From IMG/VR virus record IMGVR_UViG_3300015608_003951, positions 98,307-162,306 of that record: a stretch of DNA of 64,000 nt; one strand, 5' to 3'. This stretch comes from a virus. Taxonomy: Duplodnaviria > Caudoviricetes. Every line of letters begins with the position of its first letter. Within the stretch, counting starts at the first letter, position 1. Below, one piece after another: positions 9,016 to 18,732 of the stretch. The position numbers and the translations under genes are program-made. Under the pieces are notes generated by a model. It did not search any database. It worked only from the letters and a program-made list of their open reading frames with translations, and had not been told where the DNA came from.

Positions 9016-10459
9016 AAATACTCTCCGTTCTGGGGGTGTAGGGCCCCCCTTGCTCCACAGGCCAAGACCTGAGAGCGCGTTTTGTCTTGGCCAGCATCGC
9101 CTCTGTCACCGGGTGCATGTCGGCCAGGATGAGGACCTGGCGAACGTTGTTGGTCGCTGACGGCCGCAGGATCCGCCCGATCATCTGCTGGATAAGGCCT
9201 ACGTCTACCGCAGGCTCGTGGAGGACGAGGGTGTCCCTGGAAGGGTCGTCCAACCCCTCCCGGCCGTAGCGGGTTATCGACAGCAGGATAGGTCGGGCGC
9301 ACAGGGGCGCCCTCTTTTCGAGAGGGATTTCGTACGCCAGAGCGCCCACCGTGGGTTGAAGGTTCAGGAGTGCGGCCAACCTCTTCTTCCGCTCCTCGTC
9401 CGTTTTCGTGTCCACCAGCGGCTCACCTGCCAGATCGGCAGCTAGGTTCGTCAGGGCATGTAGCGACCTGGTGAGCAGCAAGGGGCGCCTGCCATCGCGG
9501 AGCAGCTTCTGTAGAAGTCTCGTGACCGCACGGACTCGGGGAGGGTCGTCAGCGAGCCGAGCCCCGATCAGCGCGAGGCTCTGTTCCGTGCTGAAGTCGG
9601 GTTCGAGTCTCGCAGGCGTGGGAGGTAGCTGGAGTACGCGCACCTCCGGAGTGAAGGGGGGTTTTAGCCTTTTGAACAGCGTGCCGCCAAGGTGGACGCC
9701 AACGAGCTCATCCATCCCATCTCTCCTTGTGGGGGTGGCCGATAGCGATATCCGTTGCCCGTGGAAGAGCCCCGCACAGCGGCTGTACGTGTTGGAGCCC
9801 AGGTGGTGACCCTCGTCGTAGAATACCGTGCCGTAGAACGCGCGTTGCTCGTCCGTGGGCACGATGTCTGCGAGGCGCGAGTACAGCGTCAGGGTGAAGG
9901 CAGCGCGTGCCCAGCCAGTACGCCCTGACCACACGTGAGGCCGGGAGGCCCACTTGTGCCGATCCATGCCCCGGTAGTCCGTGTGTTTGGACAGCGCCTC
10001 CACCCACTGCTCTAGCAACACGTTGTTGTCCACGACGATCAGGCAGGGCTTCGCGGTACGTATCGCGTGTTCGATGGCAATCACGGTCTTGCCTGCCCCG
10101 CAGTACAGCTGGAGGGTGCCGTCCAGGCCGGTGCTGAGGGCCTCCAGCGCGTCGTGTTGCAGCCGTTCGCCCCCAGGGACCGCATAGCGATCGAGTACGA
10201 TGTTGCTCGTAGCCGTGCCCCCGTAGGAGTTGGCGAGGATCCTACGGTCGTTAAGCTTTATGCCGAAGTGGTTCCCCTTGCCCGTGCCCAGGACCATGTC
10301 CCGATAGAGCCCCGCCCAGTTGCGCGGCAGCGCGACGAAGTCGCCTTGCAGCCCGTACCCTGGCTCCGACCTCAGCCAGGGCAGTTGCCTCTCGATTATC
10401 TCGTAGACGACAACGGAGCTCGGCAGGCACAACCGGTAGTCCACATAACCTTCTGCCAC
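8996..10459 (-). CDS. SF2 DExH helicase (UvsW/Rad25-like)
   Basis: GAGKT, DEGHH, SATP, EGLD, QMIGRILR; GGAGG + GTG start at 10459. Confidence 0.9.
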   Translation of the reverse strand: MAEGYVDYRLCLPSSVVVYEIIERQLPWLRSEPGYGLQGDFVALPRNWAGLYRDMVLGTGKGNHFGIKLNDRRILANSYGGTATSNIVLDRYAVPGGERLQHDALEALSTGLDGTLQLYCGAGKTVIAIEHAIRTAKPCLIVVDNNVLLEQWVEALSKHTDYRGMDRHKWASRPHVWSGRTGWARAAFTLTLYSRLADIVPTDEQRAFYGTVFYDEGHHLGSNTYSRCAGLFHGQRISLSATPTRRDGMDELVGVHLGGTLFKRLKPPFTPEVRVLQLPPTPARLEPDFSTEQSLALIGARLADDPPRVRAVTRLLQKLLRDGRRPLLLTRSLHALTNLAADLAGEPLVDTKTDEERKKRLAALLNLQPTVGALAYEIPLEKRAPLCARPILLSITRYGREGLDDPSRDTLVLHEPAVDVGLIQQMIGRILRPSATNNVRQVLILADMHPVTEAMLAKTKRALRSWPVEQGGPYTPRTESIFDYISS

Positions 10460-11045
10460 TCGGACCTCCGCCGTCGTCATCATCGTCCCCGAGCACGACG
10501 CCGTCAAAGAAGTCAGCACCCTGCATGAAAGCCCCCTTCGCCCCAGCGCGGAACATCTCCAGGAAGAAGGACTTAACCTTCTTCTTCCTGCCCTCCTTCC
10601 GCCCCAGGAAGCTGACGGTGTCAACGGCCACAGGGTTGTAGTGGACCCTGCCCATCGTATGGGGGCCTTGTACCTGCATCTGGGTGTGCGTTTGCGGATA
10701 ACCCACGCTCTCTCCCTGGCGGGGCGCCATATGACCGACCGTAGGGGGCCCGACCTGGTGGACCTGAGGGGGGTGTGCCTGCGGGCGCTGCTGGATGGCC
10801 GTGGACTGCGCAGGAGGGGGCGGCGGGTAGACGTTCCTGGCAGGCTCCTGGTGGGGGCTCTGCTGGCCGTTCGTCAGGCGGGTCACGGGGATCAGCTGGA
10901 GAGCTGCGTGCGCCACATGTGCCTTACACGCCCGCTCCAGGTCACAGGGGGGCTGCCGAGTCCCGTTTTGGCCGTAATCCGGACCCCCCACACAGGCCAC
11001 GTCCCCGCTAGACCAGTCGCGGCCGAAACATTCCATATCTCTCAT
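10251..11045 (-). CDS. hypothetical protein with Cys-rich N-terminus and Pro/Gln-rich middle
   Basis: First gene of leftward operon; probable true end at TTA 10446-10448. Confidence 0.65.
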   Translation of the reverse strand: MRDMECFGRDWSSGDVACVGGPDYGQNGTRQPPCDLERACKAHVAHAALQLIPVTRLTNGQQSPHQEPARNVYPPPPPAQSTAIQQRPQAHPPQVHQVGPPTVGHMAPRQGESVGYPQTHTQMQVQGPHTMGRVHYNPVAVDTVSFLGRKEGRKKKVKSFFLEMFRAGAKGAFMQGADFFDGVVLGDDDDDGGGPSGRRLCGLPVVPAELRCRLRDNREATALAEVGARVRAARRLRRAAAQLGGALSGHGPGHGQGEPLRHKA

Positions 11046-11095
11046 GGTGTGCCCTTTCGCTCCTCTTCTTCCCGAATACCGACTACTCTTGGGGC

Positions 11096-12463
11096 ATGCG
11101 CAACTTCTCCGGCCTGGTTCTGGACCCCTACGACGACCCGTCCAGGGTGCTCGTTTCTGCGGTTTTCCCGCACGGCACGCCTCCCGTGCTCAAGAGTGCG
11201 GCGGACCTGAGCGCCAAGCTAGCGTCCCTGCCGGACGCCCTCTTCGCCCTCCGGCTCACCAACGAGGGGGAGTCGATGCGCAAGCTGGCGACGGTGGACG
11301 CGGGCAACACCGCGCTCAGCACCTTGTATTTCATGCACCTGGGCGGGGTTCTGCCCCCCGAAGCGCAGAAGATGGCGGCAGCCAACCTGTGCTTGGCCTC
11401 TGACTGGTACGGGCTCAGGCGCCCCGATAGCCTGGAAAAGATCGCTTTCGGCGGCCTCATCATGAAGGGGCTGGGAGCCGTGGGTAAGTCGGTGGTGAAC
11501 AACCCCCTGGGCGCTGTGGGCAAGGTCATGACGGGGATGAGCCTGGCGGGTGCTGGCAAGGCCATGGGTGCTAACTTGAGTCAAGCCGCTGGAGCTGGCG
11601 GCAGCGTCCTCCCCCTCAGCTCGTTTGGAGGTTTAACCGTGAAGCTCGCCGACCTTTCAGGCACGGACGTGATGCCGTACCAAGAGAACAAGCCCAAGAA
11701 GCCGGCCTTTCAAGAGTACGGCACCATGAAGCACGCGTACCTCGACGTGTCCGGGAGGGACAACCAGCCGGATCTCGTCAAGAGGGCTGGCGGGAGGTTC
11801 TGCCTCGCCAACCCTTCCAGGTACCCGATCGACGACGCCCTCCAGATCAAGACGGCCAGCGAGTACTTCGACGATAACTACCGCAGCATGAGCCCCGTGG
11901 TGCGCCGGGAGTATGCGACCAACCTCTACAAGCGGGCCGAAGAGTGCGCTTTCGCGGTGTCGGAAGACGTGCAGCGCTATGGCGCCCCTACGCTGGGGTC
12001 TCACGAACACTGCAAGGAGGCCTGGGCTGTGCGCAGGCGCTTTGCAGAGGAGAAGGACGTAGGGCTCCTGGACAAGATCGCCTCTGCGCACCTCGACCTG
12101 GCGCTCCCCAACGAGGACTTTGCTGCGCTCATGCACGCCTTCGATAAGAAGGCGGGGCTGGATCGCCTCTACGACACGCACATCACCGACCCCTGGGGCT
12201 GCCTGTTCGCTCCCGTGAAGCTCGCTGAGTTTAGCGAGATCCTGGGTACGGACATGATCACGGCCACAGGTCTGCACAGCGCAGCCCAGACGGAGACGGG
12301 AAGGGTCTCCCTCAACAGGCTCTACGACAAGGCCTTCGTGCTGAAGTTCATGAGCGACCCCGTGGGCACGTACAAGTCGTTGCCTGTCGAACAGCGCAAG
12401 CTGCTGGGCAGGGTGGCCATGTCCAACGGCAGGGATGGTCGAGGGCTGCACGTTGGGCACTGA
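11096..12463 (+). CDS. putative virion/head protein(s); possibly two genes split at TTA
   Basis: Rich in K-x-A motifs; in-frame TTA 11633-11635 then GTG 11639 with GGAGGT SD. Confidence 0.6.
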   Translation: MRNFSGLVLDPYDDPSRVLVSAVFPHGTPPVLKSAADLSAKLASLPDALFALRLTNEGESMRKLATVDAGNTALSTLYFMHLGGVLPPEAQKMAAANLCLASDWYGLRRPDSLEKIAFGGLIMKGLGAVGKSVVNNPLGAVGKVMTGMSLAGAGKAMGANLSQAAGAGGSVLPLSSFGGLTVKLADLSGTDVMPYQENKPKKPAFQEYGTMKHAYLDVSGRDNQPDLVKRAGGRFCLANPSRYPIDDALQIKTASEYFDDNYRSMSPVVRREYATNLYKRAEECAFAVSEDVQRYGAPTLGSHEHCKEAWAVRRRFAEEKDVGLLDKIASAHLDLALPNEDFAALMHAFDKKAGLDRLYDTHITDPWGCLFAPVKLAEFSEILGTDMITATGLHSAAQTETGRVSLNRLYDKAFVLKFMSDPVGTYKSLPVEQRKLLGRVAMSNGRDGRGLHVGH

Positions 12464-13286
12464 TCTTTTCGAAACGGAGCTCGACCGGGTGGAGCGGTTC
12501 CTCCTGGAGCAGGCGCCCAAAGACGGCGAGTTGCAGCCCTTCGGTGAGTCCACAGACGTGGTGGTGGACGCCTTGCCCTTGGAGGAGCACCACCACGAGA
12601 TACATCTTCCCCCGCACCCGGCCACACTGAACGCCAGTACAGTTTGGAGCTTGCCCGAGGCTCACCCGCTGGTCCTGAGCATGCTGCTGCTCAAGAAGTA
12701 CGAGCTGGACTGGCTGGGCTGGACCATGTCGACCGTGGAGCACGCTATCGAGGACGCCTTTGGCCCAGTTCTCCCTGTGAACCTGTCCAAGGTCATGGCC
12801 TGTCAGCTGGCGCACACCAGCGAAGGTCCGTGGACCCACTGGGAGATGTTTTTGCCGGTGTGTTCGGCCTTCAACAGCGTACTGCCCGACTTCGAGCAGA
12901 TGCAGGTGCCCAGCGCCGCTGAGGCCACGTTCGCCGTACGGACGCTCGACATCATCGACACAAGACCGGACCCTTGGTCCACCGAACTCAAACGCTTCCT
13001 ATCGACCGTGTACCAGCACGATCAGGTGGCCATGGGGGTGGATGCTTGCGCCTTCATCACGGTCCAGGGCCACTGGCTTGACATGGACCGCGGACAGATC
13101 CTTCGCAGGTGGCCGGAGGTGAAGCGTACTGGCAAGGCCCCAGAGGGTGACTCGATGGAGGACGAGCAGCTGAGGAAGATGCTGGAGATCGAGCTCTACC
13201 TTGACCAGCAGAGGAAACTCCTTGAGCAACAACTCCACATCGCGAGGCGCTTATGCGTAGCCCGATTAAGCTCGCCAACTACCTAG
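12435..13286 (+). CDS. hypothetical protein in structural operon
   Basis: Probable end at TTA 13251-13253 overlapping the next ATG. Confidence 0.65.
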   Translation: MVEGCTLGTDLFETELDRVERFLLEQAPKDGELQPFGESTDVVVDALPLEEHHHEIHLPPHPATLNASTVWSLPEAHPLVLSMLLLKKYELDWLGWTMSTVEHAIEDAFGPVLPVNLSKVMACQLAHTSEGPWTHWEMFLPVCSAFNSVLPDFEQMQVPSAAEATFAVRTLDIIDTRPDPWSTELKRFLSTVYQHDQVAMGVDACAFITVQGHWLDMDRGQILRRWPEVKRTGKAPEGDSMEDEQLRKMLEIELYLDQQRKLLEQQLHIARRLCVARLSSPTT

Positions 13287-14110
13287 CCCCCACCCTGGCC
13301 GGAGCAGGCCTTGGTGCACTGGCCGGCTTTGGCCAGTCGGTCTCTGCTTCCAGGAACGAAGGGGCTTCTTGGTCCGATGCCCTGAAGGGGGGGCTCAAGA
13401 GGGGGCTACAGGGGGCGGTTGTTGGCGGGGCTGTCGGTGCCGGCGTGCGTAGGTTCTCGCCAGACATGGCAGAGGGGCTAACGAACTACGGACATAAGAC
13501 GCTCTACTCGCTTACGGGCCACTTGCCGCAGGGGAAGAGCCTGGCGGACCTGGGCGGCGGATCCGGGTACACGCAGGGCATCCTCGACAACGCGAGGAAG
13601 GCTGTCCTTGAGAGTAAGGCCACCGAGCAGCACGCCGCGCAGGAGGCCTTCCGACGGGCCCTCGACAGCCACAAGGCTGTGGTCGATGCAGAACAATCAG
13701 GTCTCACCAACCTTCCGGGATTGGTCAAGGGGCTGGTGACCCCGTCACGCACGCTGGACACCGTGCGTAAGGCCGCCAAGGGGACTTGGGCAGGCACAGA
13801 CACCCTCGGCAAGGCCTTGATCCTATCCCCCCTCATCGGAGGGGCAGCCAGCATCGCGACGGACCCCAGCGAGGAGGACCCCCGAAGCCGGCTCAGGAAG
13901 GCCGTTGAGATAGGGGGCACCACGGCGCTTAACCTGGCCACGGCGCCCCTTCAGATGGCCACCACGGCCAAGTCTGTTACAGGCTCCCTCCTCGGCCAGA
14001 TCACGGCGGGGACCGGGGTAAACCATATGATGACTTTGCCCATCCAGGAGCTGGCGCGCAAGGTAGACGTGCCTCCTCCCCTACCGCGACCCACCGCAGA
14101 AGCAGGGTGA
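13253..14110 (+). CDS. Gly/Ala-rich putative virion protein
   Basis: Glycine-zipper-like GxxxG segments; N-terminal IKLA. Confidence 0.6.
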   Translation: MRSPIKLANYLAPTLAGAGLGALAGFGQSVSASRNEGASWSDALKGGLKRGLQGAVVGGAVGAGVRRFSPDMAEGLTNYGHKTLYSLTGHLPQGKSLADLGGGSGYTQGILDNARKAVLESKATEQHAAQEAFRRALDSHKAVVDAEQSGLTNLPGLVKGLVTPSRTLDTVRKAAKGTWAGTDTLGKALILSPLIGGAASIATDPSEEDPRSRLRKAVEIGGTTALNLATAPLQMATTAKSVTGSLLGQITAGTGVNHMMTLPIQELARKVDVPPPLPRPTAEAG

Positions 14111-14116
14111 TCGAGA

Positions 14117-16669
14117 ATGTTCGCTGACGCAGCCGTAGCCGGGTCTTCGACCAGATACTCCAGGACCCGTGGCCGGATCCAGGGCGGGGAGAGCATGGGT
14201 ATCGCGTACCCACACCCCTGGTTTGATCTGGCCACTACGTATATGCCGCAGAACATGAAGTCCCTCTTCAGGTGGCTTCGGCATTACTTCTTGCTCAACG
14301 GGTTCTTCAACGTCGTCGTAAGTAAGCTCGCGGAGTACCCGATCACGGCCCTCTTTTTCGAGGGCAAGAACGAAGAGATCTCCCGGAAGTGGCAGCGGTA
14401 CTTCCAGGAGCACCTGCGCTACCGGCTCTTTCAGCTCGAAGTAGGCCTCGATTACTTCGTCTACGGGAACGCGTTCATAAGTCTTCGCTACCCCTTCACC
14501 AAGTTCCTCAGGTGTACGGGGTGTGGCTGGCAGAGCGCGGCCAGGTCTTGCAGGGACCACTGGACCTTCTCGGGCCATGACTTCAACCTGACCTGCCCGA
14601 AGTGTAAGCACTCAGGGCCCGCTAAGGTGCACGACGTGACCACCAAGGTGGCCTCGGGGGCACGCCTCATCCGTTGGAACCCGGAAGCCATTACCATCCG
14701 GTACAACGAGGTGAGCGGACACAAGACGTTCTACTACGATCTTCCAGGGCACTTGCGCAATGACATCATCATGGGGCGCAAGCACGTGGTGGAGGAGATC
14801 CCCCAGACGTTCATCGAGGCCGCCAGGAAGAACATCGGGGTGACTATCCCCTATGAGCAGCTGTTTCACATGGCCCGTCCCTCCATTTCAGGGTTCGATC
14901 GCGGCTGGGGCATCCCGCTCCTCCTTTGCGTGATCAAGGAGGGGTTCCAGATGCAGGTGCTTCAGAAGGCGAACGAGGTGATCCTGATGGAGCACCTCCA
15001 GCCCCTGCGCACGATCTTCCCTCAGCCCGGTGCGGGCTCTGCGGACCCTTACACGATGACCTCCTTGCCCCTGTGGAAGGAGCAGATGTCGAAGGAGATC
15101 GCGCGCTGGAGGTGGGATCCGGCGTACATCCCTGTCATGCCCCTACCGATAGGCCAACAGACCATTGGTGGCGAGGGGAAGGCCCTGCTCCTGGATCAGC
15201 AAATCCAGTCCAAGGCCGAGGCCATCGTGGTCCAGCTCGGCGTCCCCAAAGAGATTATCTTCGGGGGAGCAAGCTGGTCAGGCGGTACCGTGGCGATGCG
15301 CGCGGTGGAGAACTTCTTCCTCGGGTACCTGGAGGAACACAAGGCCCTTCTGCGCTTTGTCGTGGAGCAGCTGCGCGTTGCCCTCGATTGGCCCGAGGTC
15401 GATGCGCACTTCAAGCCCTTCCGTATGGCAGATGACATGCAGAGGCAGCAGCTGCTCTTGCAGGCTGTCCAGCTCAACACCATGTCCCGGGAGACCTGGC
15501 TTGGCCAGATGGACTTCGACTACAAGCAGGAGATGCAGCGATCTGAACGGGAGATCGATGACCAGCTCAAGCTACAGAAGAAGCAACAGATCGGCGCAGC
15601 CAAGCTCCAGGCGGAAGTAGCTGCACTGAGCGCCGCGACGGCAGCGGAGAACGGTCAGGCTCAGCAGGCTATGCAGCAAGGCCCGCTCCCCGGGGAGCCG
15701 GGAGCACCAGATTCGCTGACCCCAGAGCAAGCGCAGCAGCAGGCTGCCCAACAGCAGCCCCCGGCAGCCCCCGGCCAGGGTGGCGCTGCCCCCGCCCCAG
15801 ACGCTGTCGATCAGTTCAACAACGTCATTTCAAGCCAACTTACGCAGAGCTCTGCGAACCGGCCATCCGCGGGTCTGGACATGGTTGCGGCCTCCTACGC
15901 CAAGCAGATCTCGCAGATGCAGCCGCAAGAGGCCAACTCCATGTTGCAGGCTCTCCAGCAGCAAAGCCCCGACCTCTACGCCATGGTCATGCAGAAGCTT
16001 CAAGAAATGGGGGCTAGTCCCACCCTTTCCGGCCCAGGCGCGGTCCAACAGCCCGCTGTGGATATGGCCCCCCTGCCGGAGAAACTCCCTCCGAGAAGGG
16101 CTTCTGTTTTAGGGGCTAAAAAACACGGACTTTCCCCCCGGAAGTCCGTGCGCTCAGTCGGCGATGACCTGCTTGCCGAAGGGCATTTTGGTCTCTTTGT
16201 TGGCGCCGATCAGGCACCAGTGCACGGGGAAGGTCGGCGGTTTGGGCGGACAGGCGCCATCACCGTCCGTCATGTAGATCACGGCCTCGGCGCCGAGCTC
16301 GGCAGCCCTCGCCAGGGGCTGAACGAAGTCGGTGCCACCCCTGCCGACGATCTGGAACTTCCCGGTGTTCAGATCGTCGACGGTGAGCATCTGCTCCTTG
16401 TGGACCTTCGTGTCTGCTTGCAGCAGCAGCAGCTCGTGGAGCCCGAGCCCCATCAGGACCCCTCGGATCTCCCGGATGGCGATGGTGACCTGCTCACCGC
16501 CCATCGAGCCCGACGTGTCGATGATCACGACGACCTTGGCCGTGCTGCCGATCTCACCCGGGTAGATGATGCCGCAGTCGTTCACGAAGGTCATCGGGTG
16601 CGGCCTGCTGTAGGAGGCCATGCTGTTGTGCGCCGTGTTGGCAGAGCTCACCGTGGCCCGGAGGCTTGA
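14117..16669 (+). CDS. portal protein with zinc-ribbon insert
   Basis: DYFVYGNAF, GWGIPLL, LGVPKEIIFGG; CTGC/CPKC insert; Gln/Pro-rich tail. Probable true end at TTA 16109-16111; the remainder is antisense to the VWA gene. Confidence 0.72.
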   Translation: MFADAAVAGSSTRYSRTRGRIQGGESMGIAYPHPWFDLATTYMPQNMKSLFRWLRHYFLLNGFFNVVVSKLAEYPITALFFEGKNEEISRKWQRYFQEHLRYRLFQLEVGLDYFVYGNAFISLRYPFTKFLRCTGCGWQSAARSCRDHWTFSGHDFNLTCPKCKHSGPAKVHDVTTKVASGARLIRWNPEAITIRYNEVSGHKTFYYDLPGHLRNDIIMGRKHVVEEIPQTFIEAARKNIGVTIPYEQLFHMARPSISGFDRGWGIPLLLCVIKEGFQMQVLQKANEVILMEHLQPLRTIFPQPGAGSADPYTMTSLPLWKEQMSKEIARWRWDPAYIPVMPLPIGQQTIGGEGKALLLDQQIQSKAEAIVVQLGVPKEIIFGGASWSGGTVAMRAVENFFLGYLEEHKALLRFVVEQLRVALDWPEVDAHFKPFRMADDMQRQQLLLQAVQLNTMSRETWLGQMDFDYKQEMQRSEREIDDQLKLQKKQQIGAAKLQAEVAALSAATAAENGQAQQAMQQGPLPGEPGAPDSLTPEQAQQQAAQQQPPAAPGQGGAAPAPDAVDQFNNVISSQLTQSSANRPSAGLDMVAASYAKQISQMQPQEANSMLQALQQQSPDLYAMVMQKLQEMGASPTLSGPGAVQQPAVDMAPLPEKLPPRRASVLGAKKHGLSPRKSVRSVGDDLLAEGHFGLFVGADQAPVHGEGRRFGRTGAITVRHVDHGLGAELGSPRQGLNEVGATPADDLELPGVQIVDGEHLLLVDLRVCLQQQQLVEPEPHQDPSDLPDGDGDLLTAHRARRVDDHDDLGRAADLTRVDDAAVVHEGHRVRPAVGGHAVVRRVGRAHRGPEA
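16115..16150 (-). terminator. intrinsic terminator between convergent portal and VWA genes
   Basis: 9-bp stem CACGGACTT/AAGTCCGTG followed on minus strand by TTTTTTAGC. Confidence 0.8.
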
Positions 16670-17371
16670 GGCAAGCCGGGAGTACCACGGGATCTTGGGC
16701 GGCGCGACGGTGACGCGGGCCCACTCCGCGATGTCGCCGGGCACAGAGCCTCGCCCGGACCCGCCTTGCAGCGCGATGTCGTTGGCCAGGGCGACGGCCG
16801 CGTGCCGCGTGTGCGCCTGCGTTTTGGAAGGTACGAGGGCGTTCAACTTATCGTTGAGCTCGTCGTCCTCCACGTCGCACCGGTAGTTGCCGGGGTGCCG
16901 GATCGGGTTGGGGCTGAGCTTGAACAGCAGCGCGAGGATCTGCTCCTCGATCGAGGGCTCGCCCTTCGTCTCGATGTGGCGGTACAGGTCGAGGAGGGTG
17001 CCGCTCATCCCCACGTCCGACGCCTTGATGTAGCCGGGGGGTAGCCGCATCGAGGAGCGGTGCACCGCCTCGTTGGCGGCCAGGAAGTCGGCCTTGTACA
17101 GGGCCGCCTCCTTGAACCCGTCCGTTTTGTCTTGGTAGACCATGTCGTAGACGACATGGAACACTATGCGTAGAAGTGCCCCGGCGGCCTCGTCGAGAGA
17201 GAGGGCGCCGAACCACTTCGGGTTGTACGCGAGCACGTGCTTAGAGGACAGCGCCATCTGTGCAACCGCCTCCGTCGGGTACGGAGACAGGAGATGGATG
17301 ACGCTGGCGAAGTACGGGAACTGCCTCTTCAGGCGCGCTCGCGCGGACACGAACTCTGTAGGCTCTGGCAT
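16154..17371 (-). CDS. VWA-domain protein with degenerate metallopeptidase-like N-terminus
   Basis: MIDAS DTSGS, GRGGTDF, YMTDG; adjacent to AAA gene. Confidence 0.88.
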   Translation of the reverse strand: MPEPTEFVSARARLKRQFPYFASVIHLLSPYPTEAVAQMALSSKHVLAYNPKWFGALSLDEAAGALLRIVFHVVYDMVYQDKTDGFKEAALYKADFLAANEAVHRSSMRLPPGYIKASDVGMSGTLLDLYRHIETKGEPSIEEQILALLFKLSPNPIRHPGNYRCDVEDDELNDKLNALVPSKTQAHTRHAAVALANDIALQGGSGRGSVPGDIAEWARVTVAPPKIPWYSRLASSLRATVSSANTAHNSMASYSRPHPMTFVNDCGIIYPGEIGSTAKVVVIIDTSGSMGGEQVTIAIREIRGVLMGLGLHELLLLQADTKVHKEQMLTVDDLNTGKFQIVGRGGTDFVQPLARAAELGAEAVIYMTDGDGACPPKPPTFPVHWCLIGANKETKMPFGKQVIAD

Positions 17372-17430
17372 GTCGCTCCAGGGTGCACACATCCCCCTCC
17401 CGAAGGAGGGGGAGGGGGATGTGGCTTCGG

Positions 17431-18732
17431 TCAGCCCAGCAAGCTGAGGCTGAAGTTCGGGGTGAGGCGGCTGACGATCGCGTCAACCTTCTTGGCCGCC
17501 GAGGGGTTGCTGTCGGCGGCGGCCTTCAGGGAGGAGCCGAAGCCCCTCCGCTCCAGCAGCGACACCAGGTGGATGACGAGGTCCTTGTAGGACTCGTCGG
17601 CGAACACCTTGTCGACCAGCTGCCAGGCCTTCAGCGCGGTGTCGATCTGCTTCGCGGACGCCCCGGAGCCCTCGAACTCCGACGTGAGGTGCCGGACGGC
17701 GGCGCCGAGGACGGCGTAGATCACGTCCGGGCGGGCAGCGGGGATCACCCACTTGCCATCGAGGGCCTCCTCCACCGTGGGGAGGCCGAGGTCCGCGATG
17801 TGGTTGAAGAACTCGGAGGCCACCTCGGGGCCCACGGTGGCCGCCATGAGCGCCTCCTCCACCTCCGGGCCCAGGTGCAGGGCCTTGGCCGTCACCCGGA
17901 GGTTGAAGCACATGCTCCAGGTCCTCTCGCTGGGCCAGGGCCCGGAGGCCTTCTCGGCGTTCTCGGGGAACGCGTGGATCTTCGTCGAGAAGGTCTTGAG
18001 GTAGGCCTCCGTCTCCATGGCGACCTGCTCGTACGCGTCCTTCCACCCGGCGCGCAGCCGGGCCATCGCGTCGGCCTCGTTCGGCAGCTCCACGCCGGCG
18101 GCGCCCGACGCCGCCGTGGTGTACTTGGCCCACGCCTCCCAGGTGTGGGGCTCCATGTGCAGGTGGACGAGGGTGTTGGCCATGGGCGCCGACAGCGGCT
18201 TCCCGGACATGGAGCACTCGGGCGGGTTCATGGCCGCCAAGACCCGGACGCGCGGGCCCAGCGGCCTCCGGGCCCAGGTGTGCTCCTGGAGCACGCGGCG
18301 GATGGCCGCGTCCAGGCCGGCCTTGTTGGTGTTCAGCTCGTCGAAGACGAGGAGGCCCTGGCCCCGCTCGACGATGCTGAGGACATCGGGGTTGTCGGAG
18401 CAGCGCTTCAGCTCCCCCGAGATCACGGCGGGGATCCCTTCGAGGTCCTCCAGCTGGAGGCTCTCGGTCGGGAAGACGTGGCAGGGCACGTTCAGCGCCT
18501 CCGCCACCTGCCGGCCCATGGAGGTCTTCCCGATCCCGGGCTTCCCGATCAGCACCGCCGGGTAGCCGAAGCCGCCGTCGTAGGCGGAGAACACGGGGCA
18601 GCGCTCGTTGGGCGCCATCAAAACGGCGAAGATGCACGCCTTGAGCTTCTCGTGCGGGCGCATCTTCTCGGCGACGGCAGCAGACTTCTTCTTGGACTTC
18701 TTGGGGCTCGTCTCGGTTTTGTCAGTCGACAT
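17431..18732 (-). CDS. MoxR-like AAA+ ATPase
   Basis: GKPGIGKT, VFDELN, AAMNPP, PSERTWS. Confidence 0.88.
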   Translation of the reverse strand: MSTDKTETSPKKSKKKSAAVAEKMRPHEKLKACIFAVLMAPNERCPVFSAYDGGFGYPAVLIGKPGIGKTSMGRQVAEALNVPCHVFPTESLQLEDLEGIPAVISGELKRCSDNPDVLSIVERGQGLLVFDELNTNKAGLDAAIRRVLQEHTWARRPLGPRVRVLAAMNPPECSMSGKPLSAPMANTLVHLHMEPHTWEAWAKYTTAASGAAGVELPNEADAMARLRAGWKDAYEQVAMETEAYLKTFSTKIHAFPENAEKASGPWPSERTWSMCFNLRVTAKALHLGPEVEEALMAATVGPEVASEFFNHIADLGLPTVEEALDGKWVIPAARPDVIYAVLGAAVRHLTSEFEGSGASAKQIDTALKAWQLVDKVFADESYKDLVIHLVSLLERRGFGSSLKAAADSNPSAAKKVDAIVSRLTPNFSLSLLG

